DNA of 64,000 nt from Mycobacteriales bacterium (GCA_035695045.1 DASSEX010000081.1:9881-73880); one strand, 5' to 3'. Positions 9,800-20,066 are shown, counted from the first letter of the stretch. The notes: generated by a model not told the origin, from the sequence alone. Numbers and translations are program-made.

Positions 9800-11365
9800 T
9801 CACACGGGCGCGACCCCGTGGCGCCGGCGCGAGAATGCCCGGTCCTTGTTCCGGTACGCCGCCAGCCGGCGGATGAGCTCTGAGCGCAGCTCTTCGGGCT
9901 CGACGATCGCGTCGACGACGAGCTCACTCGCCAGCCGCACGATGTCGATGTCGGCGTTGTACTCGTCGCGCAGCTTCTGCACGTAGACCGCACGCTCGGT
10001 CTCATCCTCGATCGACTGAATGCGGTTGTAGTGGACGGCATTGACCGCCGCCTCCGCACCCATCACCGCGATCATCGCGGTGGGAAGCGCCAGCGTCGCG
10101 TCCGGCTCGAAGCCCGGCCCGGCCATCGCGTAGAGACCGGCGCCGTAGGCCTTGCGAACGATCACCGAGATCTTCGGCACGGTCGCCTCGGACACCGCGG
10201 TGATCATCTTCGCGCCGTGCCGGATGATGCCCTCCCGCTCGACGGCCGTGCCCACCATGAAGCCCGGAACGTCGGCGAGAAACACCAGGGGGACGTTGAA
10301 CGCGTCGCAGAGCTGGATGAAGCGTGCGGCCTTGTCCGCGGAGTCGACGAACAGGACGCCGCCTTTGAACATCGGGTTGTTGGCGACGATTCCGACAACC
10401 TCGCCGTCGAGACGCGCGAAGCCCACCAGCAGCTCTCGCGCCCACAGCGCATGGATCTCGAAGAACGAGTCTTCGTCGACCAGCGCCTTCACGTAGCGCC
10501 GCATGTCGAATGCCTGCCGCTCGCTGACGGGCACGAGGGAGCGCAGATCGCCGGTGCCGGCCGCCCTCGGCTCGGAGCGCGGGGGGAGCTGGGTCCAGTT
10601 CGAGGGCAGATAGGACAGATAGCACTGCACGATGTCGAGCGCGGTGGGCTCGTCCTTGGCGAGGAAGTGGCCGACGCCTGAGACGGTGCAGTGCATCTTG
10701 GCACCGCCCATCTCCTCCAGCGTCGTCTTCTCCCCGACGACCATCTCCACCATGCGAGCCGATCCGAGGTACATCGAGGCGTTGCCGTCCACCATGACGA
10801 CGACGTCACAGAACGCCGGGATGTAGGCGCCGCCCGCGGCGCTGGGACCGAACAAGGCACACACCTGAGGAATCGAGCCACTGGCCCGAACCTGGGTGTG
10901 GAAGATCTTCCCCGCTCCCCGCCGACCGGGGAACATCTCGACCTGGTCGGTGATGCGCGCGCCTGCGGAGTCGACCAACCACACCATTGGCACACCGGTG
11001 CGGTAAGCCTGCTCGATGATGCGCACGATCTTCTCGACCGTCCGGGCACCCCACGATCCGGCCTTCACCGTCGAGTCGTTGGCCATCAGACACACCGGCC
11101 GACCGTCGACGGTGGCGGTCCCGGTCACGACGCCGTCTGCCGGCAGATCGGCCGCGCCGGCGTTCGCGTAGAGCCCGTCCTCGACGAACGAGCCCGCGTC
11201 GACGAGCAGACGGATCCGCTCTCGCGCGAACAGCTTGCCCTTCTCGGCGTTCGCACTGTGGTACTTCTCGGCGCCGCCCGCGAGGATCCGCTCCCGGAGC
11301 TGGGCGAGATGGGGGTGACCTGGATCGTCGTGCTCGGCCCTGACAGCCTCGGAGTCGGCGCTCAT
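9800..11365 (-). CDS. acyl-CoA carboxylase carboxyltransferase beta subunit (AccD1/MCCase-beta-like)
   Basis: 521 aa from the internal ATG (MSADSEAVRAEH...). Carboxyltransferase N- and C-subdomains are present ([23 protein letters not shown] ... VANNPMFKGGVLFVDSADKAARF). Confidence 0.85.
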   Translation of the reverse strand: MSADSEAVRAEHDDPGHPHLAQLRERILAGGAEKYHSANAEKGKLFARERIRLLVDAGSFVEDGLYANAGAADLPADGVVTGTATVDGRPVCLMANDSTVKAGSWGARTVEKIVRIIEQAYRTGVPMVWLVDSAGARITDQVEMFPGRRGAGKIFHTQVRASGSIPQVCALFGPSAAGGAYIPAFCDVVVMVDGNASMYLGSARMVEMVVGEKTTLEEMGGAKMHCTVSGVGHFLAKDEPTALDIVQCYLSYLPSNWTQLPPRSEPRAAGTGDLRSLVPVSERQAFDMRRYVKALVDEDSFFEIHALWARELLVGFARLDGEVVGIVANNPMFKGGVLFVDSADKAARFIQLCDAFNVPLVFLADVPGFMVGTAVEREGIIRHGAKMITAVSEATVPKISVIVRKAYGAGLYAMAGPGFEPDATLALPTAMIAVMGAEAAVNAVHYNRIQSIEDETERAVYVQKLRDEYNADIDIVRLASELVVDAIVEPEELRSELIRRLAAYRNKDRAFSRRRHGVAPV

Positions 11366-11432
11366 CAAGCGGAAGCGTAGCGGCCCAGGCGTGCCCGACC
11401 GTGCACACCGCTGCGCTAGGGTCGCAGGCCCT

Positions 11433-12608
11433 ATGTCGCAACCAGATCGGCCCATCTTCATCGTCGGCTGCCCGCGATCGGGTACGACGTTGTTCCGGAC
11501 GATGCTGCATGCGCATCCACGCATCGCCGTGCCGCCGGAGACCCGGTTCGTCATGCCGGCGTATCGCCGCCGCTACGCGTTCGGTGACCTCCAGCTGACC
11601 GCGAACCGACAGCGACTCGCCAGGTGGATCGTGGATCGGGCAGAGACCCGGTTCAGCGTTCTCGAGGTCGATGCGGAGAAGGTTCGACAGGCCATCATCG
11701 ACGGGCCGCCGACCTTGGGATCAGCGTTCGGCGCCGTCTTCCGCGAGTACTCCGACAGCCATGGCAAGGCGCGCTGGGGCGACAAGCGCCCGGCCTACTA
11801 CTCGTTCATCGAGGAGCTCGACGCCCTCTTCCCGGACGCGCAGTTCATCCACGTCGTCCGGGACGGGCGGGCATGCGTGGCGTCGCTGAAACGGACACCC
11901 TGGCTCGACCACGAGCCGATTCCGTGCATGGCGACCTGGATGATGGCGATCGACTGCAGCCGCGAGTCCGGCGCGAAGCTCGGCCGGAACCGCTTCTGCG
12001 AGGTCCGTTACGAGGACCTCGTCACAGACCCGGAGAAAGAGATGCGACGGGTCTGCGAGTTCCTCGGCGAAGCCTTCGTCCCCGAGATGTGTCATCCCGA
12101 GAAGATCGCCGAGCAGGTAAACCCTGCGCATTACCAGCAACGCCGTCAGATCAGCGAGGGCATCTACACCAAGTCGATGGAGGCCTGGCGCGACGAGCTG
12201 ACACCGTGGGAGATCGCAACTTTCGAGAAGGCGGCGGGTTCGCGGCTGGCGCTCTACGGCTATGCCCCGTCCGGCATCGACCAGGAACCCCCCAAGGACA
12301 AGGTCCACGAGCTGCTCTCCGAGCACCGCCGCCTCCGCCAGAGCCTGCAGTCCCGGCGTCGTTCGGATCGGCGCAAACGCGTCGATGCCGACCGCCCCGT
12401 TGCCGCCGTACTGACCGAAGGGCAGCGCAAGGCCGCCGCCGAACCGATGAGGCGTCCGTTGGCAAGCAAGCTGCGGCGGTCCGCCCGGCCGGTCGTCCGC
12501 CGAACCCGACGGTTGTGGCGCACAATGGTCCGTCTCGAACGGCCTCCTCGCGCGGCAGCAGCGGCCCCCTCCGCCCAGCAGGCAGTCGACAACATCGAAG
12601 AGACCTGA
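11433..12608 (+). CDS. sulfotransferase family protein (second copy) with basic C-terminal tail
   Basis: About 391 aa from MSQPDRP. Contains the IFIVGCPRSGTTLF 5'-PSB P-loop and a mid-protein VVRDGRA (3'-PB-like) motif. The C-terminus is Arg/Lys-rich. Confidence 0.75.
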   Translation: MSQPDRPIFIVGCPRSGTTLFRTMLHAHPRIAVPPETRFVMPAYRRRYAFGDLQLTANRQRLARWIVDRAETRFSVLEVDAEKVRQAIIDGPPTLGSAFGAVFREYSDSHGKARWGDKRPAYYSFIEELDALFPDAQFIHVVRDGRACVASLKRTPWLDHEPIPCMATWMMAIDCSRESGAKLGRNRFCEVRYEDLVTDPEKEMRRVCEFLGEAFVPEMCHPEKIAEQVNPAHYQQRRQISEGIYTKSMEAWRDELTPWEIATFEKAAGSRLALYGYAPSGIDQEPPKDKVHELLSEHRRLRQSLQSRRRSDRRKRVDADRPVAAVLTEGQRKAAAEPMRRPLASKLRRSARPVVRRTRRLWRTMVRLERPPRAAAAAPSAQQAVDNIEET

Positions 12609-12674
12609 CGCCCGGGCGATTCGCCTGCGCGAGGTGACGACTGCCCCTACCCTCAGCCGGAAGAGGGGGTCTCG

Positions 12675-13310
12675 ATGGGTATCTCGCTGTTCAACTTCGT
12701 CCTGTTCCTGCACATCTCGCTGGTGGTCGTCGCCTTCGCGATGGCAGGCATCGTGCATGCCGGCATGCCGGCGATGGCGCGGGCGCGCGACGTCTCGCAG
12801 ATGCGCCCGTGGGCCGAGCTGCTGCACCGCCTCGACCCGCTGTTCCCCGTGGTTGCACTCTTCCTGCTCGGGCTCGGCTCCTGGCTCGTGCATCTCGGCG
12901 CGCACACCGGCGACGGGTTCTCGTTCAAGGACGGCTGGGTGATCACCTCCATCGTCACGCTGGTCGTGATCGAGGGGATCGCGGGCGCACTGCTCGCGCC
13001 GACCGCCAAGCGGCTCGTCGCCTCGATCCACGAGGCGGCGGACGGCCCGCCGAGCGCCGAGCTCCGCGTCGCCGCCCGCGATCCGAAGATCTGGTACCCC
13101 GGGCACATCGCGACGTTCGGCTTCCTCGGCATCGTATTCGTCATGGCCACCAAGCCCGCGGGTGAGTGGGCATGGCTGTTCCCGGCGGCCGGCGCTGCGA
13201 TCGGCGTCGCGCTGGCGCGGCTTCAGCTCGTGCGTCTCACCTCGACGAGCGACGGGTCGGTGCCGGCGCAGCGCGCTGCCGCAACGGAGACGGCCGTCCA
13301 GCAGGCCTGA
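12675..13310 (+). CDS. hypothetical integral membrane protein (4 TM)
   Basis: 211 aa with hydrophobic helices. Preceded by a GAAGAGGGGG RBS. No recognisable catalytic motif. Confidence 0.5.
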   Translation: MGISLFNFVLFLHISLVVVAFAMAGIVHAGMPAMARARDVSQMRPWAELLHRLDPLFPVVALFLLGLGSWLVHLGAHTGDGFSFKDGWVITSIVTLVVIEGIAGALLAPTAKRLVASIHEAADGPPSAELRVAARDPKIWYPGHIATFGFLGIVFVMATKPAGEWAWLFPAAGAAIGVALARLQLVRLTSTSDGSVPAQRAAATETAVQQA

Positions 13311-13323
13311 GGCCGCGTTCCGG

Positions 13324-14241
13324 TCAGCCGACCGGAACGGTCCGGGTCCGGGGACCCGCGCGCAGCACCTGTGACGGCAGCGTGCGACCGACGATGCGCT
13401 CGGCCGTCGCCGCGACGTCGATCATCGCGTCGAGGTCGACGCCGGTCGCGACGCCCATGTCCTCGACCATGTGCACGAGCTCCTCGGTCGCGACGTTGCC
13501 GGTGGCCCCCGGCGCGTAGGGACAGCCGCCGAGCCCGCCGACACTCGCGTCGAAGTCCGAGACACCGAGCTCGAGCGCGGCGAGGACGTTGGCGAGACCC
13601 GTGCCCCGCGTGTTGTGGAAGTGCAGGTTCAGCGGCGCGTCCGGATGCGCCGAGCGGAGCTCACCGACCAGCCGGGTGACCCGGGTGGGCGTCGCCATGC
13701 CGGTGGTGTCCCCGAACGAGATGCCGTCGGCACCGTCCCGCACGGCACGGGAGGCGACCGCGACGACCCGCTCGACCGGCACGTCTCCCTCGTAGGGGCA
13801 GCCCCAGGCGGTCGACACGATGACCTGCAAGGTCGCGCCGCGACCGTGCACCAGGTCGATGACCTCGGCGATCTCGTCGAGCGACTCGTCGGTCGAGCGG
13901 TTGATGTTCTTGCGGTTGTGCGTGTCGCTCGCACTCACCACGATCTCGAGCTCACGGAACCCCGCGTCGAGTGCGCGCTGCGCCCCTTTGAGGTTGGGCA
14001 CCAGCGCGGAGTAACGCACGTCGTCGTTGCGGGTCACGTGCTGCCACACCTCGGCGGCGTCGGCCATCTGCGGGATCGCCTTGGGGTGCACGAAGCTGAC
14101 CGCTTCGATCCGCCCGACGCCCGTCTTGGACAGCGCGTCGATCAGCTCGACCTTGGCCTCGGTCGGGACCGGCGCTTCGTTCTGTAGTCCGTCGCGCGGG
14201 CCGACCTCGCGCAGGCTGATCCGCTCCGGGAGGTCGCTCAC
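13324..14241 (-). CDS. hydroxymethylglutaryl-CoA lyase
   Basis: 305 aa. Has a TIM-barrel DRE_TIM signature (EVGPRDGLQNE ... HFHNTRGTGLAN ... GGLGGCPYAPGATGN). Confidence 0.9.
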   Translation of the reverse strand: MSDLPERISLREVGPRDGLQNEAPVPTEAKVELIDALSKTGVGRIEAVSFVHPKAIPQMADAAEVWQHVTRNDDVRYSALVPNLKGAQRALDAGFRELEIVVSASDTHNRKNINRSTDESLDEIAEVIDLVHGRGATLQVIVSTAWGCPYEGDVPVERVVAVASRAVRDGADGISFGDTTGMATPTRVTRLVGELRSAHPDAPLNLHFHNTRGTGLANVLAALELGVSDFDASVGGLGGCPYAPGATGNVATEELVHMVEDMGVATGVDLDAMIDVAATAERIVGRTLPSQVLRAGPRTRTVPVG

Positions 14242-14250
14242 GGGTCCAGG

Positions 14251-15225
14251 CTAGCCAGCGGCGGCGTCGGGCTCAGCGCGACGCAGACGACTCGCGTGCA
14301 GCAACGCGTAGCCCCGCACCGGCCGCGGTGGCACGCGGCGCAACCGGAACCGCGGGTCCTCGTCCAGCTCGGACGCGAGCTCACGGTCGACGAGGATGCT
14401 CGCCGGCCGGGCGATCGACGTCAGCCTGCTCGCGATGTTGACCGGCTCTCCGTAGACGTCACCGAGCCGGGCGAGCACGGGTCCGCAGGCGAGCCCGATT
14501 CGCAGGTCGGGCACGTCGTCAGCAGCTTCCACCCTGTCTGCCAGGTCGAGAGCGATCAGCGCTCCCTGACCCGCTTCGTCGGAGGTGAACATCACCTCGT
14601 CGCCCAGAGTCTTGACGACGCGTCCGCCGTGCTCGGCGATGACGTCGGCGGCAAGTGCCTCGAACGTGTCGACGACGCCGGCGAGCTCCGCCTCGCCGAC
14701 GTCGCGGGTCAGCGACGTGAACCCGACCAGGTCGGCGAAACCCACGACGAGCGACGCGGATGGCGACGTACCGTCGGCGAGCGCGCGCCCCGCGGTGGCG
14801 GCGAGATGACGACGCCAGACATAACCGATCAGACCCTCGACCACCGGCACCAGCTCGTGGGCGACCGCTGCCGCGTCCTCACCGGCTGCCGGATGGTCGA
14901 CATCGAATGCGGACGTGATTGCCGACACGTGCCAGTCCGCCAACCGCGCCAGCGACTGGCCCATCGCGCGGGTCATCGCCAGCTGCGTGCCGGCGTCGAT
15001 GACCCCACGCCGGACCAGTCCGTCGACCGCACGGAGCGCTTGCACGTCCTGGTTGGTGAACGCGACGTTGTCGTCGCCGACGTCCGCGAAGCCGAGAGCC
15101 CGCCACAGGATCCGGGCCTGCTCCACGGGCACGCCCGCCTGCTCCGCCACCTCGACCCGTGTGTATCGACGGTCGCCGCCGAGCAGCTCGCGCTCGAGCG
15201 CCGCCGGCACGTCCTCGGAAGTCAC
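14251..15225 (-). CDS. class III adenylate/guanylate cyclase with N-terminal regulatory region
   Basis: The C-terminal CYTH/cyclase core is VGFADLVGFTSLTRD...VKTLGDEVMF...GPVLARLGDVYGEPVNIASRL. The start is set at the GTG at 15225 to avoid a 150-nt overlap with the upstream gene; this start is uncertain. Confidence 0.7.
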   Translation of the reverse strand: MTSEDVPAALERELLGGDRRYTRVEVAEQAGVPVEQARILWRALGFADVGDDNVAFTNQDVQALRAVDGLVRRGVIDAGTQLAMTRAMGQSLARLADWHVSAITSAFDVDHPAAGEDAAAVAHELVPVVEGLIGYVWRRHLAATAGRALADGTSPSASLVVGFADLVGFTSLTRDVGEAELAGVVDTFEALAADVIAEHGGRVVKTLGDEVMFTSDEAGQGALIALDLADRVEAADDVPDLRIGLACGPVLARLGDVYGEPVNIASRLTSIARPASILVDRELASELDEDPRFRLRRVPPRPVRGYALLHASRLRRAEPDAAAG

Positions 15226-15239
15226 CCCTCGATCCTGCC

Positions 15240-15767
15240 TCAGGACGTCTGCGCGTCCGCGGCGCGTGCCACTCGCATCGACTCGTCCTCGGCATGGCGC
15301 AGCACCTGACGTTGCACCATCTCGACGGTCGGCACCTCCGGCAGGACCACCTGCCCGTGCTCGCCCGCCGACTCGATCGTCAACGTCCCGCAACGGAGCA
15401 TGCGGTCGATGACGGAGTGCCGGAAGGAGACGTCGTTGACCCGTGTGAGCGGGATGTCACGGCCGGACCGGGAGAGCACACCCGTGCGGATGACGACCCG
15501 CCTGTTGGTCAGCACGTAGCGCGTCGTCGACCACCTGAGGAACGGCCACAACGACCAGCGCAGCAGGACGAGCACCGCGACCACGAGGATCAGCCAGCGC
15601 AGCGCGGCGTGCAGTGAGCCGTCCGGGACGAGGAAGACGAGGTACGACGCGAGACCCACGACGACCGGCAGCAGCAGGGCAGGCAGGACGATCCGCTTCC
15701 AGTGCGGATGCAGGTCCAGGACGATGTGCTCGTCGTCGCCGAGCAGCCGGCTGGGGAACGGTGACAT
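15240..15767 (-). CDS. PH-domain (bPH_2/YdbS-like) membrane protein
   Basis: 175 aa from the internal ATG. Two TM helices are followed by a PH-like domain (LTNRRVVIRTGVLSRSGRDIPLTRVNDVSF). Its ATG overlaps the birA stop (ATGA). Confidence 0.7.
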   Translation of the reverse strand: MSPFPSRLLGDDEHIVLDLHPHWKRIVLPALLLPVVVGLASYLVFLVPDGSLHAALRWLILVVAVLVLLRWSLWPFLRWSTTRYVLTNRRVVIRTGVLSRSGRDIPLTRVNDVSFRHSVIDRMLRCGTLTIESAGEHGQVVLPEVPTVEMVQRQVLRHAEDESMRVARAADAQTS

Positions 15768-16573
15768 CAGCCGGTGCTCCTGACGTGCGTGACGTCGCCC
15801 GCCGACCAGCGCGCCGTCGCGCCGTCGCTGTCCTCGACGACCAGCTGCCCGCTGTCGTCGACGTCGATCGCTCGACCGGTCACCGTGCGCCCCCCAGGCA
15901 GCTCGACCCGCACCTGCACGCCGATCGTCTCGCACACCGAGCGGTACGCCGGCATCACGGCATCCGCCACTCCGCCGGCATCACGAAATGTGCGGTAACG
16001 CCGGGAGAACGACCGCAGCAGCTCCTTCACGAGCGGCTCCCGGTCGGTGCTGCCCCCCTCGATCGCCAGGCTGGTCGCGGTGTCGACGGGTCGCTCCTCC
16101 GCCCGGACTGTGACGTTGACTCCGATGCCGACGACAACGGCGTCGTCGAGACGCTCGACCAGGATCCCGCCCAGCTTGCGGCCGGAGACCAGCACGTCGT
16201 TGGGCCACTTCAAGGCACTGTTGACCTCGCCGACTCCGCGCGTCGACTCGACGACCGCGACGCCCGTCAACAACGGGATGAGCGGCAACGAGGTGACCGG
16301 CAGCTCGGGCCGCAGGAGCAGTGACATCAAGACCGAGGAGCGCGCCGGCGCCTCCCACGACCGCCCCAGCCGGCCGCGTCCGCCGCGTTGCTCCTCCGCG
16401 ATCACCACCAGACCCTCGGCGGCGCCGTCGCGCGCCGCGGTCGCGACGTCAGCATTGGTCGAGGTCGTCGATGCGCGCACCTCGAGCGCGGTCCACAACG
16501 GGTCGTCCCTCAGGACCGCACGAAGCCGGGCCGCCGACAACGGCGGCCGCTCGAGGTCCGACCACTGCGACAC
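15767..16573 (-). CDS. birA: biotin--[acetyl-CoA-carboxylase] ligase
   Basis: 268 aa. Contains the GRGRLGRSWEAP biotin-binding loop (GRGRRG(R/N)xW type) and KWPNDVL. Confidence 0.9.
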   Translation of the reverse strand: MSQWSDLERPPLSAARLRAVLRDDPLWTALEVRASTTSTNADVATAARDGAAEGLVVIAEEQRGGRGRLGRSWEAPARSSVLMSLLLRPELPVTSLPLIPLLTGVAVVESTRGVGEVNSALKWPNDVLVSGRKLGGILVERLDDAVVVGIGVNVTVRAEERPVDTATSLAIEGGSTDREPLVKELLRSFSRRYRTFRDAGGVADAVMPAYRSVCETIGVQVRVELPGGRTVTGRAIDVDDSGQLVVEDSDGATARWSAGDVTHVRSTG

Positions 16574-16582
16574 GGGCCAACG

Positions 16583-18223
16583 CTAAGGCCGATGCAGGCG
16601 AGCTGCCGTCTGTTGCGCGGCATAGCGCGCCCACGAGCCGGCCGCGATGGCACGGTCGGTGATCTGTGGCAGAGCGGTCAGCTGGAGGACGAGGCGGCCG
16701 TTGACCTCCGCGATGCGCACGCGATCGCCGACGAGGCGCCGCCACGGCGTCGGAAGCGGGTGGTCGCCCGGCGGCAGGTCCGCGTCGCGCCCCGTCAGTG
16801 GCCGGACCACGCGCTCGCCGTCACGCTGCAGCTCGACGAGCAGCCGCAGCTCGTGACCCACCGTCGGGCGGCCGAGCGCCTTGCCCAGAGCAACGAGATC
16901 GAGGCGTCCGCTGAACCGGACGTCGGCCCCCGCGTCGGTCAGCAGGAGCGGGCCGGACCACAGCACACCGCCGAGCCGCCCGCGCACGAGGATCCGGCCG
17001 GCCAGGGACTGAGCCGGCCCGAGCCGGCCGAGGACGTCGTACACGCGTCCGTCGCAGAACAGGCTGTCGCCCTCCCAGCGAGCGTGGTCGACCGTGGCGA
17101 GGAACGGTGTCGCCGCGAAGGCGGCGGAGAGCACGCCCGTCGCGGTCACGTCGAGAGCGTCGCCCGCGTCGGGATGAGCAGACGTCCAACGCAGCCGGTC
17201 GCCGCCTTCGACGGTCAGGTCGGACGCCAGGCCTCCGGTCACCGCGAAGTCGGCCGCCGCCAGCACGCCGGGCAGGTCTCCGCGGGCCGCGAGGACTGCC
17301 GCGACCCTGGGGCCGACCGGCTCGACCGGCCAGCTCCGCTCGTCGATGCCGGTCAGGTACTTCTGCGCCAGGTCCAGCAGTGCCTGCCGGTCATCGGTAC
17401 GACGACCACGGAGGTCACGCAGGAACACGGTGAAGTCCGCCGACAAGAACTTCACCTGCTTGGCGCGAACGACCGCGGCCGGCACATCGACGCGAGCGAG
17501 ATGCGCGTCGATGCGGCGATGCACCTCGAACCGGTCCTGCCAGTTGCGGAGCTCCGTGCGGTTGGTGATGGAGGGGATGTCCGCGTCACGCCGGACGTTC
17601 CAGACGTAGACCAGGTCGGGCACGACGGCGATGCGCCGGGCGCTCACGTAAGCCGCGGTCGTGAAGAGCAGATCCTCGTAGAGGAGCCCCTCCGGGAACG
17701 ACAGGTCGTTGTCCGTGAGGAAGCGGCGCCGGTAGAGCTTCGCGGGGGCAGGCGTGTCGAACAGCTGCTCCGGACGCTCGGCGATGCCGTCGACGACCGC
17801 CGCGCGGGCATAGAGCCGGCGGTGCGCCTCGATGTAGCGCGTCGGCCGGTGGTGGCGCCGCACCCACCGGCCGCACACGATGTCGGCGTCGGTGCGCCGC
17901 GCCGCGCGCAGCAGCCGGCTGCACGCCGGCCGGGGCAGCGCGTCGTCGCTGTCGAGAAACGTGACGTAGTCGCCCGTCACGAGTGACATGCCGACGTTTC
18001 GTGGGCGGCTGCAGCCCCCGCTGTTGGTCTCCAGCCGGTGGTAACGGACGCGTTCATCCGCGGCCGCGAGGGCCGCCGCGACCGTCGGCGTCTCGTCGTC
18101 CGATCCGTCGTCGACGATGACGACCTCGAGGTCGCGAAGGGTCTGCGTCGTCGCCGACCGGACAGCTGTGCCCAGGTGCTGCGCGTCGTTGAAGCAGATC
18201 ACGACGACCGACACCGCGGGCAT
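16583..18223 (-). CDS. glycosyltransferase family 2 with C-terminal non-TagF extension
   Basis: 546 aa. The N-terminal GT2 domain is paralogous to the two fusion proteins ([10 protein letters not shown]...[12 protein letters not shown]...FLDSDD). The C-terminal half has no Glyphos_transf motifs. Confidence 0.8.
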   Translation of the reverse strand: MPAVSVVVICFNDAQHLGTAVRSATTQTLRDLEVVIVDDGSDDETPTVAAALAAADERVRYHRLETNSGGCSRPRNVGMSLVTGDYVTFLDSDDALPRPACSRLLRAARRTDADIVCGRWVRRHHRPTRYIEAHRRLYARAAVVDGIAERPEQLFDTPAPAKLYRRRFLTDNDLSFPEGLLYEDLLFTTAAYVSARRIAVVPDLVYVWNVRRDADIPSITNRTELRNWQDRFEVHRRIDAHLARVDVPAAVVRAKQVKFLSADFTVFLRDLRGRRTDDRQALLDLAQKYLTGIDERSWPVEPVGPRVAAVLAARGDLPGVLAAADFAVTGGLASDLTVEGGDRLRWTSAHPDAGDALDVTATGVLSAAFAATPFLATVDHARWEGDSLFCDGRVYDVLGRLGPAQSLAGRILVRGRLGGVLWSGPLLLTDAGADVRFSGRLDLVALGKALGRPTVGHELRLLVELQRDGERVVRPLTGRDADLPPGDHPLPTPWRRLVGDRVRIAEVNGRLVLQLTALPQITDRAIAAGSWARYAAQQTAARLHRP

Positions 18224-18240
18224 GCTCGTACGCTACGGCC

Positions 18241-19836
18241 ATGACAGCGGAGCCGCAGGAGACGCCTGCACACCCCGACCTGCACACGACCGCAGGACGG
18301 CTGGCGCAGCTCGACCACAAGCTCGACGAGGCGCTGCATGCCGGTTCGCAGGCGGCGGTCGACAAGCGGCACGAGGCCGGGCGCATGACCGCACGCGAGC
18401 GGATCGAGGCGCTGCTCGACCCCGGTTCGTTCGTCGAGCTCGATGCCCTGGCCCGGCACCGCGCTCACGGGTTCGGCGTCGAGGACAAGCGGCCGTACGG
18501 CGACGGCGTGATCACCGGGCACGGGACCGTCGACGGTCGTCCGGTATGCGTGTTCAGCCAGGACTTCACCGTCTTCGGCGGCAGTCTCGGCGAGGTCTTC
18601 GGCGAGAAGATCGTCAAGGTCATGGATCTCGCGATGAAGACCGGCTGCCCGCTGGTCGGCATCAACGACTCAGGCGGTGCCCGCATCCAGGAAGGTGTCG
18701 TCGCGCTGGGTCTCTACGCCGAGATCTTCTACCGCAACGTCATGGCGAGCGGCGTGGTTCCGCAGATCTCCCTGGTCATGGGCCCGTGTGCGGGCGGAGC
18801 GGTCTACTCACCGGCGATCACCGACTTCATCCTGATGGTCGACGAGTCGTCCCACATGTTCATCACCGGGCCCGACGTCATCAAGACCGTCACGGGCGAG
18901 GACGTGACCTTCGAGGAGCTCGGTGGTGCGCGAACGCACAACACCAAGTCCGGGGTCGCGCACTTCGTCGCGAACGACGAGGCCGACTGCCTCGAGCTCA
19001 CCAGGGCGCTGCTGTCGTACCTACCGAGCAACAACCTGGAGGACCCGCCGTCCTACGACGACGAGGACCTCGAGGCGATGACCGACGATGCGTTCCTCGA
19101 CACCTTCATCCCTGACTCCTCCAACCAGCCCTACGACATCAAGACGGTCGTCGAGCACGTCGTCGACGAGGGCGAGTTCCTCGAGGTGCACGCCCTGTTC
19201 GCGCCGAACATCGTCTGCGGTTTCGCCCGCATCGACGGACACAGCGTCGGCGTGGTCGCCAACCAGCCGATGTCGTTCGCCGGAACCCTCGATATCGACG
19301 CCTCGGAGAAGGCCGCACGCTTCGTGCGCACGTGCGACGCCTTCAACATCCCGATCGTGACGTTCGTCGACGTACCAGGGTTCCTGCCGGGCACGGCACA
19401 GGAGTGGGGCGGCATCATCCGGCGCGGGGCCAAGCTGCTCTATGCCTACGCCGAGGCGACGGTGCCGAAGGTGACCGTCATCACGCGCAAGGCCTACGGC
19501 GGCGCCTACGACGTCATGGGCTCGAAGCACCTGCGCGCCGACGTGAACCTCGCGTGGCCGACCGCGGAGATCGCCGTGATGGGGGCGCAGGGTGCCGCCA
19601 ACATCCTCTACCGCCGCGAGCTGGCCGACGCCGAGGATCCGGACGCGCGCCGCAAGGAGCTGGTCGCCGACTACGAGGACCACTTCGCCAACCCCTACAT
19701 CGCCGCCGAACGCGGCTACGTCGACGCCGTCATCCGGCCCTCGACGACCAGACGCGAGCTGGTGCGTGCTCTCCGCCTGCTGCGGACGAAGCGTGAGTCG
19801 CTCCCGCCGAAGAAGCACGGGAACATCCCGCTGTGA
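18241..19836 (+). CDS. accD5: acyl-CoA (propionyl/acetyl-CoA) carboxylase carboxyltransferase beta subunit
   Basis: 531 aa, colinear with PccB/AccD5 throughout ([26 protein letters not shown] ... [23 protein letters not shown]). Followed by a small epsilon-subunit gene, as in mycobacteria. Confidence 0.95.
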   Translation: MTAEPQETPAHPDLHTTAGRLAQLDHKLDEALHAGSQAAVDKRHEAGRMTARERIEALLDPGSFVELDALARHRAHGFGVEDKRPYGDGVITGHGTVDGRPVCVFSQDFTVFGGSLGEVFGEKIVKVMDLAMKTGCPLVGINDSGGARIQEGVVALGLYAEIFYRNVMASGVVPQISLVMGPCAGGAVYSPAITDFILMVDESSHMFITGPDVIKTVTGEDVTFEELGGARTHNTKSGVAHFVANDEADCLELTRALLSYLPSNNLEDPPSYDDEDLEAMTDDAFLDTFIPDSSNQPYDIKTVVEHVVDEGEFLEVHALFAPNIVCGFARIDGHSVGVVANQPMSFAGTLDIDASEKAARFVRTCDAFNIPIVTFVDVPGFLPGTAQEWGGIIRRGAKLLYAYAEATVPKVTVITRKAYGGAYDVMGSKHLRADVNLAWPTAEIAVMGAQGAANILYRRELADAEDPDARRKELVADYEDHFANPYIAAERGYVDAVIRPSTTRRELVRALRLLRTKRESLPPKKHGNIPL

Positions 19837-20066
19837 GCGAGAACGGTGAGGCGCAGCGCGACGCGCCGATGCTGCGGGTCGTGCACGGCGGCGACCCGGG
19901 CCCGGAGGCCCTCGCCGCGCTCGTGGTCGCGGTGAGCGCCAGGGCCGTATCCACAGCCGAGCCGCCCCGGCGACGGTCCGGCTGGGCCGATCGCGGCGCG
20001 ATGCTGCGGCGGCCGCTCGAGCACGGTCCCGGCCGCTGGGTCGCGAGCGGCCGGCGCTGGCGGTGA
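19833..20066 (+). CDS. accE5: acyl-CoA carboxylase epsilon subunit
   Basis: 77 aa. The GTG start overlaps the accD5 stop (GTGA). The [22 protein letters not shown] motif is typical of AccE. Confidence 0.7.
   Translation: MSENGEAQRDAPMLRVVHGGDPGPEALAALVVAVSARAVSTAEPPRRRSGWADRGAMLRRPLEHGPGRWVASGRRWR

Noticed and set aside
11721-13106. 461-aa minus-strand ORF spanning the sulfotransferase-2 and membrane-protein genes
   Set aside because: Antisense shadow with no motifs. It spans two plus-strand genes that have supported signatures.
18117-19115. 332-aa plus-strand ORF overlapping the accD5 N-terminal half in another frame
   Set aside because: accD5 in its own frame is colinear with PccB along its whole length. 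This alternative frame is Arg-rich nonsense.
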